64,000 nt of DNA from Bdellovibrionales bacterium. GTDB taxonomy: Bacteria > Bdellovibrionota > Bdellovibrionia > Bdellovibrionales > JAUICD01. The translations under genes were made by a program, and so were the position numbers. This document shows, piece after piece, positions 32,142-42,556 of the stretch. Position 1 is the first letter of the stretch; the number at the start of each line of letters is the position of its first letter. The notes beneath the pieces are model-generated. The model worked only from the letters and a program-made list of their open reading frames with translations. It did no database searches and had not been told where the DNA came from. The stretch is taken from NCBI GenBank assembly GCA_965197425.1, contig CBDANC010000014.1:128001-192000 (forward strand), given 5' to 3'.

Positions 32142-32816
32142 TCATGCAAGTAAAATTTCATCAATTAAAGAATTTATCCTATTACTCACTTCTTTTGCAT
32201 CACCCGCGGCACTTAAATCCCTGTATATACCCAGATCCTTATAGTATTTTTTTAAAGGCAAAGTCTCAGTTTCATACTTATCAAGCCTGGTTAGCACTAC
32301 CTCTTTATCATCGTCAGGCCTCTTATAAAGCTCTCCTGAACAAATGTTGCAAATATCATCTACTACCACAATATTCACACGAAATACAGCCCCACAGTCA
32401 ATACAACATCTTCTACCAGTGAGCCTCTCAAGCAACACTTTATGCTCTAATTTCAAAAAAATAGCAAGCCCAAGCTCCATTTGCCTTTTTTCCATAATTT
32501 CACTCAAACCCTCAGCCTGAGCAAATGTTCTAGGAAAACCATCAAAAACTAAGCCATCACTATCTGATAAATAATCTAAATTTTCATCCAAAAATAAATC
32601 TACCAATTCCAGTACAACCTTATCAGATACATAATCGCCACTCGCTAATCTATTTTTTACCCTAACACCAACACTTGTACTTTCTGCTATATGCTCCCTC
32701 AAAATATTACCAGTCGACACGTGTAACATGCCTCTATTCTTTACCAAAAGCTCAGATTGTGTACCTTTACCAACACCAGGAGGGCCAAATAAAACAACAT
32801 TCAGAGATGCCATCAA
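32142..32816 (-). CDS. adk: adenylate kinase
   Basis: GPPGVGKGTQ, DGFPRT, Cys-type LID. Confidence 0.95.
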   Translation of the reverse strand: MMASLNVVLFGPPGVGKGTQSELLVKNRGMLHVSTGNILREHIAESTSVGVRVKNRLASGDYVSDKVVLELVDLFLDENLDYLSDSDGLVFDGFPRTFAQAEGLSEIMEKRQMELGLAIFLKLEHKVLLERLTGRRCCIDCGAVFRVNIVVVDDICNICSGELYKRPDDDKEVVLTRLDKYETETLPLKKYYKDLGIYRDLSAAGDAKEVSNRINSLIDEILLA

Positions 32817-34129
32817 TATTGCACCCTTCTACTCTTAACCTTATAGCCCCTTACAAATCCATCATACTTGGCGTTTAGTAGATGAGATTGAACTTGTTGC
32901 ATAAAATCAAGACCCACACCAACCAATATCAATAGACTGGTACCCCCAAAATAAAAAGGTACCTTAGCAGTTTCTATTAAAATACCCGGTAAAATACATA
33001 CCAAACTTAGATATATTGCCCCTGCAACATTTACCCTGTTTAAGACCCTATGAATATAATTAGAAGTACTCTTTCCAGCTCTGATCCCTGGAATAAAACC
33101 ACCCCATTTTTTTAAGTTCTCAGCGACATCATCTGGCTTAAACACAATCTCAGCATAGAAAAAACAAAAAAACACAATAAGTACGACAAACAAAATATTA
33201 TAGATTGCACCAGTGGGCTGAAATGAATCCCGCAAATTAGCTAACAGCTCATTATTAGTAAACTGAGCTAAAGTAGCAGGAAGCATCAACAAACTACTAG
33301 CAAAAATGGGAGGGATAACACCAGAAAAGTTGATCTTTAAAGGTAAGTGGGAAGATCTAGTACCCATATTACTAGCCCTTCTCGAATACTGAATTGGTAT
33401 CCTCCTCTGCGCAACCTCCATCCAAATAATGTAACCAATAACCACAAACATAAAGAATAACAAAATTAGTGAAATCAAAGCCGTCATCTCACCTTGCTTT
33501 ATCAAATTAATCATGCTCATAGAACCACTAGGGATACCAGCGGCTATACCTGCAAAGATAATTAAACTTGCACCATTACCAATACCACGCTCGGTAATTT
33601 GCTCCCCCAACCACATTATGAAACAAGTACCAGAGGTCAGAGTAATAACTGTCATAAGCTCAAATGGAATTACTCCAACCATAGGGGCATTAACCAACGA
33701 CATGCCAGTAGAAGTAGTTGAATTTTTTAGAAAGGTACTCATGCCATAACCTTGGATTATTGCCAACAAAACTGTACCGTATCTTGTATATTGATTTATC
33801 TTTTTCTGACCCTGCGGGCCTTCTTTTTTAAGCTGCTCTAAATAAGGAACAGCAGCACCTAAAAGTTGAAATATAATTGAACTCGAAATATAAGGCATGA
33901 TCCCTAGAGCAAAAACAGAAAACCTCTCCAAAGCTCCACCAGTAAAAGTGTTAAACAATCCAAAAATACCACCACTTTGTGCAGCAAAGAACTCCTGCAC
34001 AGCAGAGTTGTCCACACCAGGAGTAGGGACATGTACTCCTATACGATAAATCACCAAAATCCAAAGAGTAAAAAAAAGACGCTTTCTAAGACTTTCGTTT
34101 TTTAATATTCCCTCAATACCGGACATCAA
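32813..34129 (-). CDS. secY: preprotein translocase SecY
   Basis: ALGIMPYISSSII, GIGNGASLII, FGGTSLLI. Confidence 0.97.
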   Translation of the reverse strand: MMSGIEGILKNESLRKRLFFTLWILVIYRIGVHVPTPGVDNSAVQEFFAAQSGGIFGLFNTFTGGALERFSVFALGIMPYISSSIIFQLLGAAVPYLEQLKKEGPQGQKKINQYTRYGTVLLAIIQGYGMSTFLKNSTTSTGMSLVNAPMVGVIPFELMTVITLTSGTCFIMWLGEQITERGIGNGASLIIFAGIAAGIPSGSMSMINLIKQGEMTALISLILLFFMFVVIGYIIWMEVAQRRIPIQYSRRASNMGTRSSHLPLKINFSGVIPPIFASSLLMLPATLAQFTNNELLANLRDSFQPTGAIYNILFVVLIVFFCFFYAEIVFKPDDVAENLKKWGGFIPGIRAGKSTSNYIHRVLNRVNVAGAIYLSLVCILPGILIETAKVPFYFGGTSLLILVGVGLDFMQQVQSHLLNAKYDGFVRGYKVKSRRVQY

Positions 34130-34147
34130 AACTCCACATTAACCAAA

Positions 34148-34606
34148 CTAGCAAGCCCTAGATCTAACAAACTTTATGACCTCTGCCTTACCCCCAGCTT
34201 TTTCTATCAAAGCTATAGCAGGTTTACTAAACTTGTGTGCCTTAACATGCAAAGCCTTCTTAATACCACCATTAGAAAGGACTTTAATAGGGTTCTTACC
34301 ATCCACCAGCTTTGCCTTTAACAAAAGATCAGGAGTTACCTCTGAGTCAAAACTATCCAACGAAGAAAGATAAATTATATTGAACTCTTTTCTAAACACA
34401 TTGGTAAATCCAAACTTAGGTAGTCTCTGCCATATTGGCATCTGACCACCCTCAAATGTCGCAGGAACACCTCCTCCAGAACGAGCCTTCTGACCCTTAT
34501 ACCCCTTAGCCGCAGTAGTTCCCCAACCTGAACCACCACCCCTACCTATTCTTTTTTTTCTACTAAAAGAAGATTTAGGGCTACTCAAATTACTTAAAAT
34601 AGACAT
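34148..34606 (-). CDS. rplO: 50S ribosomal protein L15
   Basis: FEGGQMP..RLPKFGF. Confidence 0.96.
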   Translation of the reverse strand: MSILSNLSSPKSSFSRKKRIGRGGGSGWGTTAAKGYKGQKARSGGGVPATFEGGQMPIWQRLPKFGFTNVFRKEFNIIYLSSLDSFDSEVTPDLLLKAKLVDGKNPIKVLSNGGIKKALHVKAHKFSKPAIALIEKAGGKAEVIKFVRSRAC

Positions 34607-34632
34607 ACGAACACCTAACTATTATTACTCAT

Positions 34633-34848
34633 CTAAGATGTCACCCTTTCAACTTGTAACCAATTTTGCATCATCATAATCTTTCCCCTCTCAGAAGGAA
34701 CATCATTAACCAAACGAGTATGTCCTATTTTTCTTAAACCCAAACACCTTATGGCCTCTTTCTGCTTTTTGGTAAGACCTATCGTACTTTTTTTTAAAGT
34801 AATCTTTAGCTTTGAACTTTTGATCTTTTTAGATTTAGCCTTACTCAT
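34633..34848 (-). CDS. rpmD: 50S ribosomal protein L30
   Basis: LKITLKKSTIG, LGLRKI; position. Confidence 0.92.
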   Translation of the reverse strand: MSKAKSKKIKSSKLKITLKKSTIGLTKKQKEAIRCLGLRKIGHTRLVNDVPSERGKIMMMQNWLQVERVTS

Positions 34849-35366
34849 TATTGTTTTCCTTGTTTAGTATCCTTTTCTTGATCATTAACCTTACCTTGTT
34901 CATCACCCCTTTCTTCTTTAATCGACTTTTGGTTTTTTAATTGCTTCAGACCCTCTAAAGTTGCCCTTACTACTGCATGCGGGTTTCTTGTACCTACACA
35001 CTTAGTTAAAATATTTTTAACTCCTACAACTTCCAATACAGCCCTAACTGCTCCACCGGCAATTACCCCTGTTCCAGGCATTGCAGGAAACATAACCACC
35101 TTAGCAGCTCCATATTTACCTATAACCTCATGGGGGATAGTACCCCCATCTATCAAAACCTTATGGAACTTATTTTTGGCAACTCTGCCAGCCTTGCTTA
35201 CAGCAACAGGTACCTCGCCTGCTTTGCCTAAACCAAGCCCAATTTCTCCATTACCATTACCAACTACAACCAAAGCAGAAAAAGAAAATCTTCTACCACC
35301 TTTTACAACCTTGGCTACCCTGTTAATACTAACAACCCTTTCTTCTAAATTAGAGGTGCTATCCAA
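34848..35366 (-). CDS. rpsE: 30S ribosomal protein S5
   Basis: [16 protein letters not shown]. Confidence 0.97.
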   Translation of the reverse strand: MDSTSNLEERVVSINRVAKVVKGGRRFSFSALVVVGNGNGEIGLGLGKAGEVPVAVSKAGRVAKNKFHKVLIDGGTIPHEVIGKYGAAKVVMFPAMPGTGVIAGGAVRAVLEVVGVKNILTKCVGTRNPHAVVRATLEGLKQLKNQKSIKEERGDEQGKVNDQEKDTKQGKQ

Positions 35367-35378
35367 AAATATCTCCTA

Positions 35379-35747
35379 TCAAAAATTGAGTCCGCCCTCT
35401 CTTGCAGCATCAGCAAGAGCTTTAATTTTGCCATGATACAAATAACCACTTCTGTCGAAAACTACACTCTTTATTTTGTTGTCTAAAGCTCTTTTTGCTA
35501 TCAACTTACCAATCTCTTTAGCAACATCCTTATTACAACTTTTTGGTTTTAGTTTAAGTGAACTAGCAGAAACCAAAATCTTTCTGTCAACATCATTAAC
35601 TACCTGAGCGTATATGTTTTTATTGGACCTAAACACACACAGTCTAGGTCTATCACTAGTACCCTCAATACTCTTTCTTATTCTCACTTTCTTTTTTAAT
35701 CTAGATACAACTTTGTCAGATGTTCTAGTTTTAAATCTTAATCTCAT
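35379..35747 (-). CDS. rplR: 50S ribosomal protein L18
   Basis: [20 protein letters not shown]. Confidence 0.96.
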   Translation of the reverse strand: MRLRFKTRTSDKVVSRLKKKVRIRKSIEGTSDRPRLCVFRSNKNIYAQVVNDVDRKILVSASSLKLKPKSCNKDVAKEIGKLIAKRALDNKIKSVVFDRSGYLYHGKIKALADAAREGGLNF

Positions 35748-35788
35748 AACCTACCTACAAACCGTAATCCACTTAAAAGTTTCTACCC

Positions 35789-36340
35789 TTATTTTGCACC
35801 TGATTTTCCAGCCTTTCTTATAATAACTTCATCCACATATTTTATTCCTTTCCCTAAGTAAGGTTCAGGCGGTCTAAATGATCTTATTTTGGCAGAAAAC
35901 TCACCAACTACACCTTTATCAGGCCCTTTTACATGTAAAGTTGTCTGCTTTTCCACCGCAACCTCAACATCTTTTGGTAACTCCAAAACAACAGGATGAG
36001 AATAGCCTATACTTAACTCCAAGTTCCTACCTTTAACATTAGCTCTGTAACCTACTCCTTTTAACTCCAAACTCTTCTTCCAACCAACCTCTACACCTAC
36101 AACAGCGTTGTTAGCCAAGGATCTAATTAAACCATGCAAAGCTCTGGTTTTTTTCTCATCATTTTGCCTAGTAAAAACCAATTTATCCTGGGCAATATCA
36201 GCATCTATCAAAGAAGGTAGTTTCACCTTCTGCACATACTTACCGCCCTTTATGGTTAATACCCTACCCTCTTCAGTATTCTGAACTTCAACCTTAACTG
36301 AGCTTTTTATTAAGATAGGTTTTTTTCCAATCCTAGACAT
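35789..36340 (-). CDS. rplF: 50S ribosomal protein L6
   Basis: MSRIGK, PEPYLGKGI. Confidence 0.97.
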   Translation of the reverse strand: MSRIGKKPILIKSSVKVEVQNTEEGRVLTIKGGKYVQKVKLPSLIDADIAQDKLVFTRQNDEKKTRALHGLIRSLANNAVVGVEVGWKKSLELKGVGYRANVKGRNLELSIGYSHPVVLELPKDVEVAVEKQTTLHVKGPDKGVVGEFSAKIRSFRPPEPYLGKGIKYVDEVIIRKAGKSGAK

Positions 36341-36341
36341 C

Positions 36342-36731
36342 TCACCAAACCTTTAGCATTACTTCGCCACCAACTTTATTATCTTTAGCTTCCCTGTCAG
36401 ACATAATGCCCTTATTAGTACTCAATATAGATATTCCATACCCAGATCTAACTTCTGGAATATTATCTACATCTACATATCTTCTAAGCCCAGGCCTACT
36501 TACCCTCCTAATCACATCAATCAAAGGCTTTCCTTCTTTAGTGTATTTTAAATAAATTCTTATAAAGCCCTGTTTGTTGTCCTTTGCAACCCTGAAGTCC
36601 CTTATAAAACCCTTTTGCTTTAAAACACGAGCTATACCTTCCCTCACTCTAGAGCCAGGGGTATCAACTTGGTGATGACCCGCCATCTGAGCATTTCTAA
36701 TTATTGTTATAAAGTTTCCAATTGTATCCAT
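36342..36731 (-). CDS. rpsH: 30S ribosomal protein S8
   Basis: MDTIG..IRNA, SRPGLR; upstream extension is repeat-derived. Confidence 0.96.
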   Translation of the reverse strand: MDTIGNFITIIRNAQMAGHHQVDTPGSRVREGIARVLKQKGFIRDFRVAKDNKQGFIRIYLKYTKEGKPLIDVIRRVSRPGLRRYVDVDNIPEVRSGYGISILSTNKGIMSDREAKDNKVGGEVMLKVW

Positions 36732-36890
36732 TAAGGTCTTCCTAATCCAACACTGATTGAGCATGACGAATAATCTGGCTTCGCCAGATTTTTGTCATAC
36801 AAGTTACGTTGCCCCACAGTAATTTTAAAACCAAAACTTTTCAAAGCCTGGTGGTTGCCCACCTTTATACATGTCATCAAACTCACCTCC
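36732..36890. repeat. dispersed repeat, locus G (rpsN-rpsH)
   Basis: SD GGAGGT; mini-ORF 36877..36731 (-) ends in TAATG overlap. Confidence 0.9.
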
Positions 36891-36898
36891 ATACTAAA

Positions 36899-37084
36899 CT
36901 ACCAACTTGCCTTTATCACACCAGGAATAAGTCCATTAGATGCGTTCTTTCTGAAACAAATTCTACAAAGAGAAAACTTTCTTATAAAACTTCTAGCCCT
37001 TCCGCAAGAACTACATCTACTGTAACCTCTTACAGCAAATTTAGGCTTTCTCTTTGCCTTTGCTATCATAGATTTTTTAGCCAA
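36899..37084 (-). CDS. rpsN: 30S ribosomal protein S14, zinc-binding type (TTG start)
   Basis: [23 protein letters not shown]. Confidence 0.95.
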   Translation of the reverse strand: MAKKSMIAKAKRKPKFAVRGYSRCSSCGRARSFIRKFSLCRICFRKNASNGLIPGVIKASW

Positions 37085-37112
37085 ACTATCTACCCTCCCA
37101 AAAGTTAAAACC

Positions 37113-37176
37113 AAGGCCTTCTATTTTTTTTGCAGGGTGGTTGCCCAGCTTTACATGTGTCATATAACTACCTTCC
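37113..37176. repeat. dispersed repeat, locus H (internally deleted; rplE-rpsN)
   Basis: AAGGCCTTC...GGTTGCCCAGCT; mini-ORF 37163..37086 (-) stops 1 nt before the rpsN TTG. Confidence 0.8.
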
Positions 37177-37185
37177 TTTCACTTA

Positions 37186-37725
37186 TCATTTTCTAAAAGG
37201 CATACCTAAAGCCTGCAATAACAAATGGGCCTCTTTGTCCGATTTGGCGGTTGTACAAACTGTAATGTTCATTCCTCTTATTTGATCCGCTTTATCGTAA
37301 TTAATTTCTGGAAACACAATTTGCTCTTTCAAACCCATGTTATAGTTACCTCTTCCATCAAAACCCTTTGGTGATATACCACGAAAATCCCTAACTCTAG
37401 GCAACACAATAGAAACCAGTCTATCCAAAAAAGCCCACATCTTTTCCCTTCTCAAAGTTACATAAGCCCCCATAGGCAAATGTTTTCTTAATTTAAAGTT
37501 GGCCACAGCTTTTTTAGATCTAGCAATCATTGCCCCTTGACCCGTTATATCAGTGAGCTCACCTGCAATAACACCAGCAACTTTGGCATTTTTAACAGCT
37601 TCTCTTCCAGCACAAACACTGATAACTATCTTCTCTAAACGAGGAGTTTGCATAATGGATTTATGACCTAAATCCTTAAAAAGCTTACCCCTAACCTCAG
37701 ATGTATATAAATCAAACAACCTCAT
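37186..37725 (-). CDS. rplE: 50S ribosomal protein L5
   Basis: PRVRDFRG, FDGRGNY. Confidence 0.97.
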   Translation of the reverse strand: MRLFDLYTSEVRGKLFKDLGHKSIMQTPRLEKIVISVCAGREAVKNAKVAGVIAGELTDITGQGAMIARSKKAVANFKLRKHLPMGAYVTLRREKMWAFLDRLVSIVLPRVRDFRGISPKGFDGRGNYNMGLKEQIVFPEINYDKADQIRGMNITVCTTAKSDKEAHLLLQALGMPFRK

Positions 37726-37727
37726 CT

Positions 37728-38096
37728 CTAAACTACCTCAGGTGCGACAGAAATTATTCTCATAAATTTTTTAGCTCTCAACTCTCTGGCAACAGGGCCA
37801 AAAATTCTAGTACCTATAGGTTCCTTGTTGTTGTTTACAAGCACAACAGCATTTTCATCAAACCGAACATAGCTACCATCCTGTCTTCTGGTTTTGTTAA
37901 TAGTTCTCACCAGTACAGCCTTTGCCTTCTCACCTTTTTTGACTTTAGATCTAGGAGCAGCTTCCTTTATACTAACCACAATAATATCACCCACTCTAGC
38001 AACCCTTCTTCTAGTTCCACCAAGTACTTTTATGCACATGACTTCCTTTGCACCAGAGTTATCAGAAACTTTAATTCTAGACTGAACTTGTATCAT
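37728..38096 (-). CDS. rplN: 50S ribosomal protein L14
   Basis: [18 protein letters not shown]. Confidence 0.97.
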   Translation of the reverse strand: MIQVQSRIKVSDNSGAKEVMCIKVLGGTRRRVARVGDIIVVSIKEAAPRSKVKKGEKAKAVLVRTINKTRRQDGSYVRFDENAVVLVNNNKEPIGTRIFGPVARELRAKKFMRIISVAPEVV

Positions 38097-38356
38097 TAAG
38101 CCCTCGAACCTTTAGCTAAAATTTTGGCCATCTTCCAGCACTTTGTTTTGCTGATAGGCCTTGTTTCGTATATCAAAACTTTGTCTCCTAACTCTGCCTG
38201 ATTTTTTTCATCATGAGCTTTAAATTTACATTTCTTTTTTATAAACTTACCAAACCTAGGATGCTTAACACTCCTAACTACCTCAACAGTGACAGTCTTA
38301 TCCATCTTGGTGCTTATAACATGCCCTGTGACAGAATTAATTTTTTTCTTTTCCAA
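38096..38356 (-). CDS. rpsQ: 30S ribosomal protein S17
   Basis: [14 protein letters not shown]. Confidence 0.96.
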   Translation of the reverse strand: MEKKKINSVTGHVISTKMDKTVTVEVVRSVKHPRFGKFIKKKCKFKAHDEKNQAELGDKVLIYETRPISKTKCWKMAKILAKGSRA

Positions 38357-38564
38357 CAGATATCTCCTTTGAGCCTGTTTTACTCAAACTACTCAAAACT
38401 GTATTGATCCTAGCAATGTCCCTTCTCAAGATCCTAATCTCAAGTGGATTCCCAGCTTGTTTCATATGACTTTTCATCTTTATACCAAAAATTTTCTCAG
38501 CCAAAACATTACGCTTAGACAACAACTCCTTTCTAGGTAAATCTTTTATATCCTTAAATTTCAT
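38337..38564 (-). CDS. rpmC: 50S ribosomal protein L29
   Basis: IRILRRDIARINT; position. Confidence 0.93.
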   Translation of the reverse strand: MKFKDIKDLPRKELLSKRNVLAEKIFGIKMKSHMKQAGNPLEIRILRRDIARINTVLSSLSKTGSKEISVGKEKN

Positions 38565-38566
38565 AT

Positions 38567-38830
38567 AAAGGCCTTCCTAATGAGGCTAAAAACAAGTGGA
38601 CTTGTTCACTTTTTTTAGCCGAGTGGTTGTCCAGCTCTACACATGTCATCAAACTCATCCTCAAGGCCTTCCCCAACATTGATTGAATCTGGCAACAAGT
38701 TGGCTCTGCCGACTTTTGCCAGGTGAATTACGTTTTGACACAATCACTTTGAAACCAAAACATCTTTTGACCGAACGGTTGCCCAGCTCTACACATGTCA
38801 TCAAACTCATTTCCATCAAGGCCTTCCTCA
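38567..38830. repeat. dispersed repeat, locus I (2 modules plus a stub; rplP-rpmC)
   Basis: Three AAGGCCTTCC; mini-ORFs 38831..38661 and 38658..38554 (-). Confidence 0.92.
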
Positions 38831-38836
38831 TACTTT

Positions 38837-39244
38837 CTAAGCTCTCATTAAAAACTTTGTCTTAATAGGTAGTTTGTTTCCGGCCAACCTAAAAGCTTCC
38901 TTAGCTTGATCAGCAGTCACACCAGCCATTTCAAAAATAACAGTTCCAGGTTTTACATTTGCAACATAATACTCAGGACTTCCTTTACCACTACCCATTC
39001 TTGTTTCAGCAGGTTTTTTAGTAGTTGGAGTGTGAGGAAAAATTCTAATCCAAACTTTTCCACCACGCTTCACAGACCTACTTATAGCAATTCTACTTGC
39101 CTCTATCTGACGAGATGTAAGCTTCCCACCTGACAGAGCTTGAAGGCCAAACTCACCAAAATCAATGTCATTGCAAGACCAGGCTTTGCCTTTCACATCA
39201 TACCTAAACTGCTTTCTACGTTTAAGACGTTTTGGGCTAAGCAT
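38837..39244 (-). CDS. rplP: 50S ribosomal protein L16
   Basis: [14 protein letters not shown]. Confidence 0.97.
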   Translation of the reverse strand: MLSPKRLKRRKQFRYDVKGKAWSCNDIDFGEFGLQALSGGKLTSRQIEASRIAISRSVKRGGKVWIRIFPHTPTTKKPAETRMGSGKGSPEYYVANVKPGTVIFEMAGVTADQAKEAFRLAGNKLPIKTKFLMRA

Positions 39245-39917
39245 TTGATACACCTCCACCTAAAACATCACTAGCTTTTGACTTTTGATTTATTATGTCA
39301 CCAGTATAAATCCAAACCTTAACTCCAATTACTCCGTAAGTAGTTTTAGCTTCCCTTGTTCCATAATCTATATCGGCCCTTAATGTGTGAAGCGGCACAC
39401 TCTTTTCTGTGTACCACTCTGTTCTAGCTATCTCTGCACCATCAAGTCTACCAGCAACCTGAACCTTGATACCTTTAACTCCACCCCTAATAGCAGACTG
39501 AAGCGCCTTTTTTAAAGCACGCCTCCAAGAAACTCGTTTCTCCAACTGTACTGCTATATTTTCTGCCACAAGCCTTGCATCAGTATCAGGTTTTCTTATT
39601 TCCTGTATGTTCACAAAAACTTCGTTCTTGGTCATTTTGTTTATTTCATCTCTTAGAGAATCAATCCCAACACCCTTTTTCCCAATCACAAATCCAGGTC
39701 TTGCTGAAGACACAATTATCTTGATCTTATTAGCTGCTCTCTCTATCTCCACCTTGGAAACCCCAGCATTCTTGAGTTTCTTAGAAACATATTCTCTTAA
39801 CTTAAAATCCTCATGTAAGTTTTTTGCAAAATGCTTTTTTTGCTTAACATACCAACGAGAATCCCAAGTCTTGTTTATTCCAACCCTAAACCCTATAGGG
39901 TTAACCTTTTGTCCCAC
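39237..39917 (-). CDS. rpsC: 30S ribosomal protein S3
   Basis: [21 protein letters not shown]. Confidence 0.97.
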   Translation of the reverse strand: MGQKVNPIGFRVGINKTWDSRWYVKQKKHFAKNLHEDFKLREYVSKKLKNAGVSKVEIERAANKIKIIVSSARPGFVIGKKGVGIDSLRDEINKMTKNEVFVNIQEIRKPDTDARLVAENIAVQLEKRVSWRRALKKALQSAIRGGVKGIKVQVAGRLDGAEIARTEWYTEKSVPLHTLRADIDYGTREAKTTYGVIGVKVWIYTGDIINQKSKASDVLGGGVSNA

Positions 39918-40251
39918 TATGCCTCTCCTCTAATACAATTTTAATGTGACTGGTTTTTTTTCTTATAAGTGACGCCCTTCCTCTCGCTCTAGGCATTTGT
40001 CTCTTCAAGTGCGGTCCTTGATCTACATTTATCGCCTTCACATATAAACTACCTACATCAATAGACTGCTTATACTCTGCATTTGCTATTGCAGAATCCA
40101 ACAAAGTCCTAATCAACCTAGCAGGCTTTCTATCAATCATAGATAGCCTACTTATAGCCTCAGAAACAGGCCTACCTCTAACAGCATCAGCTACAAGCCT
40201 GGCTTTCATTGAGCCCATTCTAACAAATTTTAAACTAGCACTTACACGCAT
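39901..40251 (-). CDS. rplV: 50S ribosomal protein L22
   Basis: [18 protein letters not shown]. Confidence 0.96.
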   Translation of the reverse strand: MRVSASLKFVRMGSMKARLVADAVRGRPVSEAISRLSMIDRKPARLIRTLLDSAIANAEYKQSIDVGSLYVKAINVDQGPHLKRQMPRARGRASLIRKKTSHIKIVLEERHSGTKG

Positions 40252-40253
40252 CT

Positions 40254-40345
40254 TAAGGCCTTCCGAATGAGGCAAAAAATAAGGGGGCTTTGCCTACTTT
40301 TTTTGCCGAATGGTTGCCCAGCTCTATATGTGTCATATAATTCAC
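40254..40345. repeat. dispersed repeat, locus J (rpsS-rplV)
   Basis: Mini-ORF 40336..40253 (-) ends TAA-G-ATG. Confidence 0.9.
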
Positions 40346-40366
40346 TCTCACTAACTCCTCATAAAC

Positions 40367-40645
40367 CTATTTTTTAGCAGCCTTCCTATCCCCAGAATGT
40401 CCCTTAAATATCCTAGTTGGAGAAAATTCACCAAACTTATGCCCTATCATGTTTTCTGTAACATAAACAGGAACAAACTTTTTTCCATTGTGTACCGCAA
40501 ATGTCAAACCAACAGCATCTGGTATAATTGTTGATCTTCTTGACCAGGTCTTAATCACCTTTCTGCTATTTGCCTTTTTTGCCTCATCAATCTTTTTTAA
40601 AAGATGATCATCAACAAATGGTCCTTTTTTAATAGAACGACCCAT
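40367..40645 (-). CDS. rpsS: 30S ribosomal protein S19
   Basis: KTWSRRS, GHKFGEF. Confidence 0.97.
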   Translation of the reverse strand: MGRSIKKGPFVDDHLLKKIDEAKKANSRKVIKTWSRRSTIIPDAVGLTFAVHNGKKFVPVYVTENMIGHKFGEFSPTRIFKGHSGDRKAAKK

Positions 40646-40667
40646 AAATTACCTCTATTATTCTCCC

Positions 40668-41501
40668 TTACCTCTTCTTTTTCTTCTTTCTTGAAACTAT
40701 ATACTTATCTGTAGATTTATTATTTCTGGTTTTATGACCCTTACAAGGTTTGCCCCAAGGAGTTCTAGGATGATTACCCTTACCCTTTCCTTCACCACCA
40801 CCCATAGGGTGATCAATTGGGTTTTGACACATCCCTCTTACATGAGGCCTCTTACCCAACCACCTTGTTCTACCAGCCTTACCGATACTTAAGTTTTCTC
40901 TTTCAACATTACCAACTTGCCCTACTGTAGCCCTGCAGCTAGCCAGAACTTTTCTAACTTCACCAGAAGGAAGTTTGATCAACACATAACCTTTTTCCTT
41001 AGCTACCAGATTTGCACAAACCCCAGCACTTCTAGCTAATTGACCGCCCTTACCAGGACGCATCTCTACATTGTGAATCATTGAACCAAGTGGAATTTTA
41101 TCCAACTTCATGCAATTGCCAGGTTTTATATCAACACCCTTGTCAGAAGAAACAATTGCATCCCCAACTTTTAGATTAACAGGAGATATAATATAACCCT
41201 TGCTACCATCCTGATACTGAATCAAAGATACGCGAGAAGAACGGTTTGGATCATACTCAACCGACTTAACAGTGGCAGGCACATCTGTTTTAGTTCTATA
41301 AAAATCAACGAGCCTATAGCGCCTTTTATGACCACCACCCCTAAACCTTACAGTGATGTTACCTCTATTATTTCTTCCAGCCTTGCTAAGTTTTCTAGAC
41401 AAAAGAGATTTCTCTGGATTTTTTGAAGTAATTTCAGAAAAATCAAATCCTGTCATAAACCTTCTAGAAGAAGTAATTGGTTTGTATTTTTTTAACGCCA
41501 T
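40668..41501 (-). CDS. rplB: 50S ribosomal protein L2
   Basis: [16 protein letters not shown]. Confidence 0.97.
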   Translation of the reverse strand: MALKKYKPITSSRRFMTGFDFSEITSKNPEKSLLSRKLSKAGRNNRGNITVRFRGGGHKRRYRLVDFYRTKTDVPATVKSVEYDPNRSSRVSLIQYQDGSKGYIISPVNLKVGDAIVSSDKGVDIKPGNCMKLDKIPLGSMIHNVEMRPGKGGQLARSAGVCANLVAKEKGYVLIKLPSGEVRKVLASCRATVGQVGNVERENLSIGKAGRTRWLGKRPHVRGMCQNPIDHPMGGGEGKGKGNHPRTPWGKPCKGHKTRNNKSTDKYIVSRKKKKKR

Positions 41502-41508
41502 CTAAAAA

Positions 41509-41799
41509 CTAAACTCCCTCAAAAACCCCAATTTTTTCACCTTCTCTCAACTTAACTAATGCCTTTTTTAAATAGACAACCCTACTTCCGCTGCCTGCTC
41601 TTAGAGACTTCTTTTTAGATCTTCTAAAAATAGAAGTTCTCACATTTAAAACCTTCACAGAAAAAATCTGCTCTACAGCCTTTTTGATTTGAGGCTTTTT
41701 AGCCCGCCTATCAACCTCAAATGAATATACATTCATCGACTGATCAAGCGAACTTTTCTCAGTAATAATTGGCTTTTTTAAAATTTTATACACTAACAA
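41509..41799 (-). CDS. rplW: 50S ribosomal protein L23
   Basis: PIITEKS, KKALVKL. Confidence 0.95.
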   Translation of the reverse strand: MLVYKILKKPIITEKSSLDQSMNVYSFEVDRRAKKPQIKKAVEQIFSVKVLNVRTSIFRRSKKKSLRAGSGSRVVYLKKALVKLREGEKIGVFEGV

Positions 41800-41857
41800 C
41801 CTCTATATTCTCTATATTTAATAACTATATTTACCAGGCAAACTAAGCTTCAATCCG

Positions 41858-42535
41858 CTAAGAACATCTCTTTATGATGCTATCTACTGCATTTTTTGAA
41901 ACAATCACACGGTTATATTTTAGTAAGTCATACACATTAAGCCCATCTACAGAATAATACCTGATATTACGTATATTTTTAGAAGCTCTCTTAAATGTAT
42001 GGTCCACATCTTTATCTATTAAAACTGCCTTCTCACTACCCATATTCTTTAATTTAAGAGCAACCTCTTTGGTTTTTGGTTTATCTATTTTTATTTCATT
42101 CACAACATGTAATCTATCACTCTCAAGCAAGTGAGATAATGCAGATACAAGACCAAGCCTCTTTATTTTTTTAGGCAAAGTATAGGAATAATCTCTGGGA
42201 GTAGGACCAAATGTAACACCACCACCTTCCATAAGAGGAGATCTTATAGAACCCTGTCTTGCATTCCCTGTTCCCTTTTGTCTAAACGGTTTCTTACCCC
42301 CACCAGATACTTCACTTCTATCTTTTGTCTTGTGACATCCTCTGCGTCTTTTGGCTAACTGCCACTTAACCACTGAGTGCATAACAGGCTTATTAACCCT
42401 GGCTCCAAATATATCCACAGGTAACTTTACACTATCTACCTTTTTTTTATTCCAATCCAAAACATCCACTTGTATGGACTGCGCCTTATTATTTTTTTTG
42501 GTTGCCTTATCTTTTTTAGTTACCTTATCAGCCAT
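41858..42535 (-). CDS. rplD: 50S ribosomal protein L4
   Basis: KPFRQKGTGNARQGS. Confidence 0.97.
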   Translation of the reverse strand: MADKVTKKDKATKKNNKAQSIQVDVLDWNKKKVDSVKLPVDIFGARVNKPVMHSVVKWQLAKRRRGCHKTKDRSEVSGGGKKPFRQKGTGNARQGSIRSPLMEGGGVTFGPTPRDYSYTLPKKIKRLGLVSALSHLLESDRLHVVNEIKIDKPKTKEVALKLKNMGSEKAVLIDKDVDHTFKRASKNIRNIRYYSVDGLNVYDLLKYNRVIVSKNAVDSIIKRCS

Positions 42536-42556
42536 ATAAATTCCCTAAATCAAGTC

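Noticed and set aside
38567..38830. Tandem repeat modules as a CRISPR array
   Set aside because: At most 2-3 units per locus; the intervening parts are recurring hairpins rather than unique spacers; no cas genes
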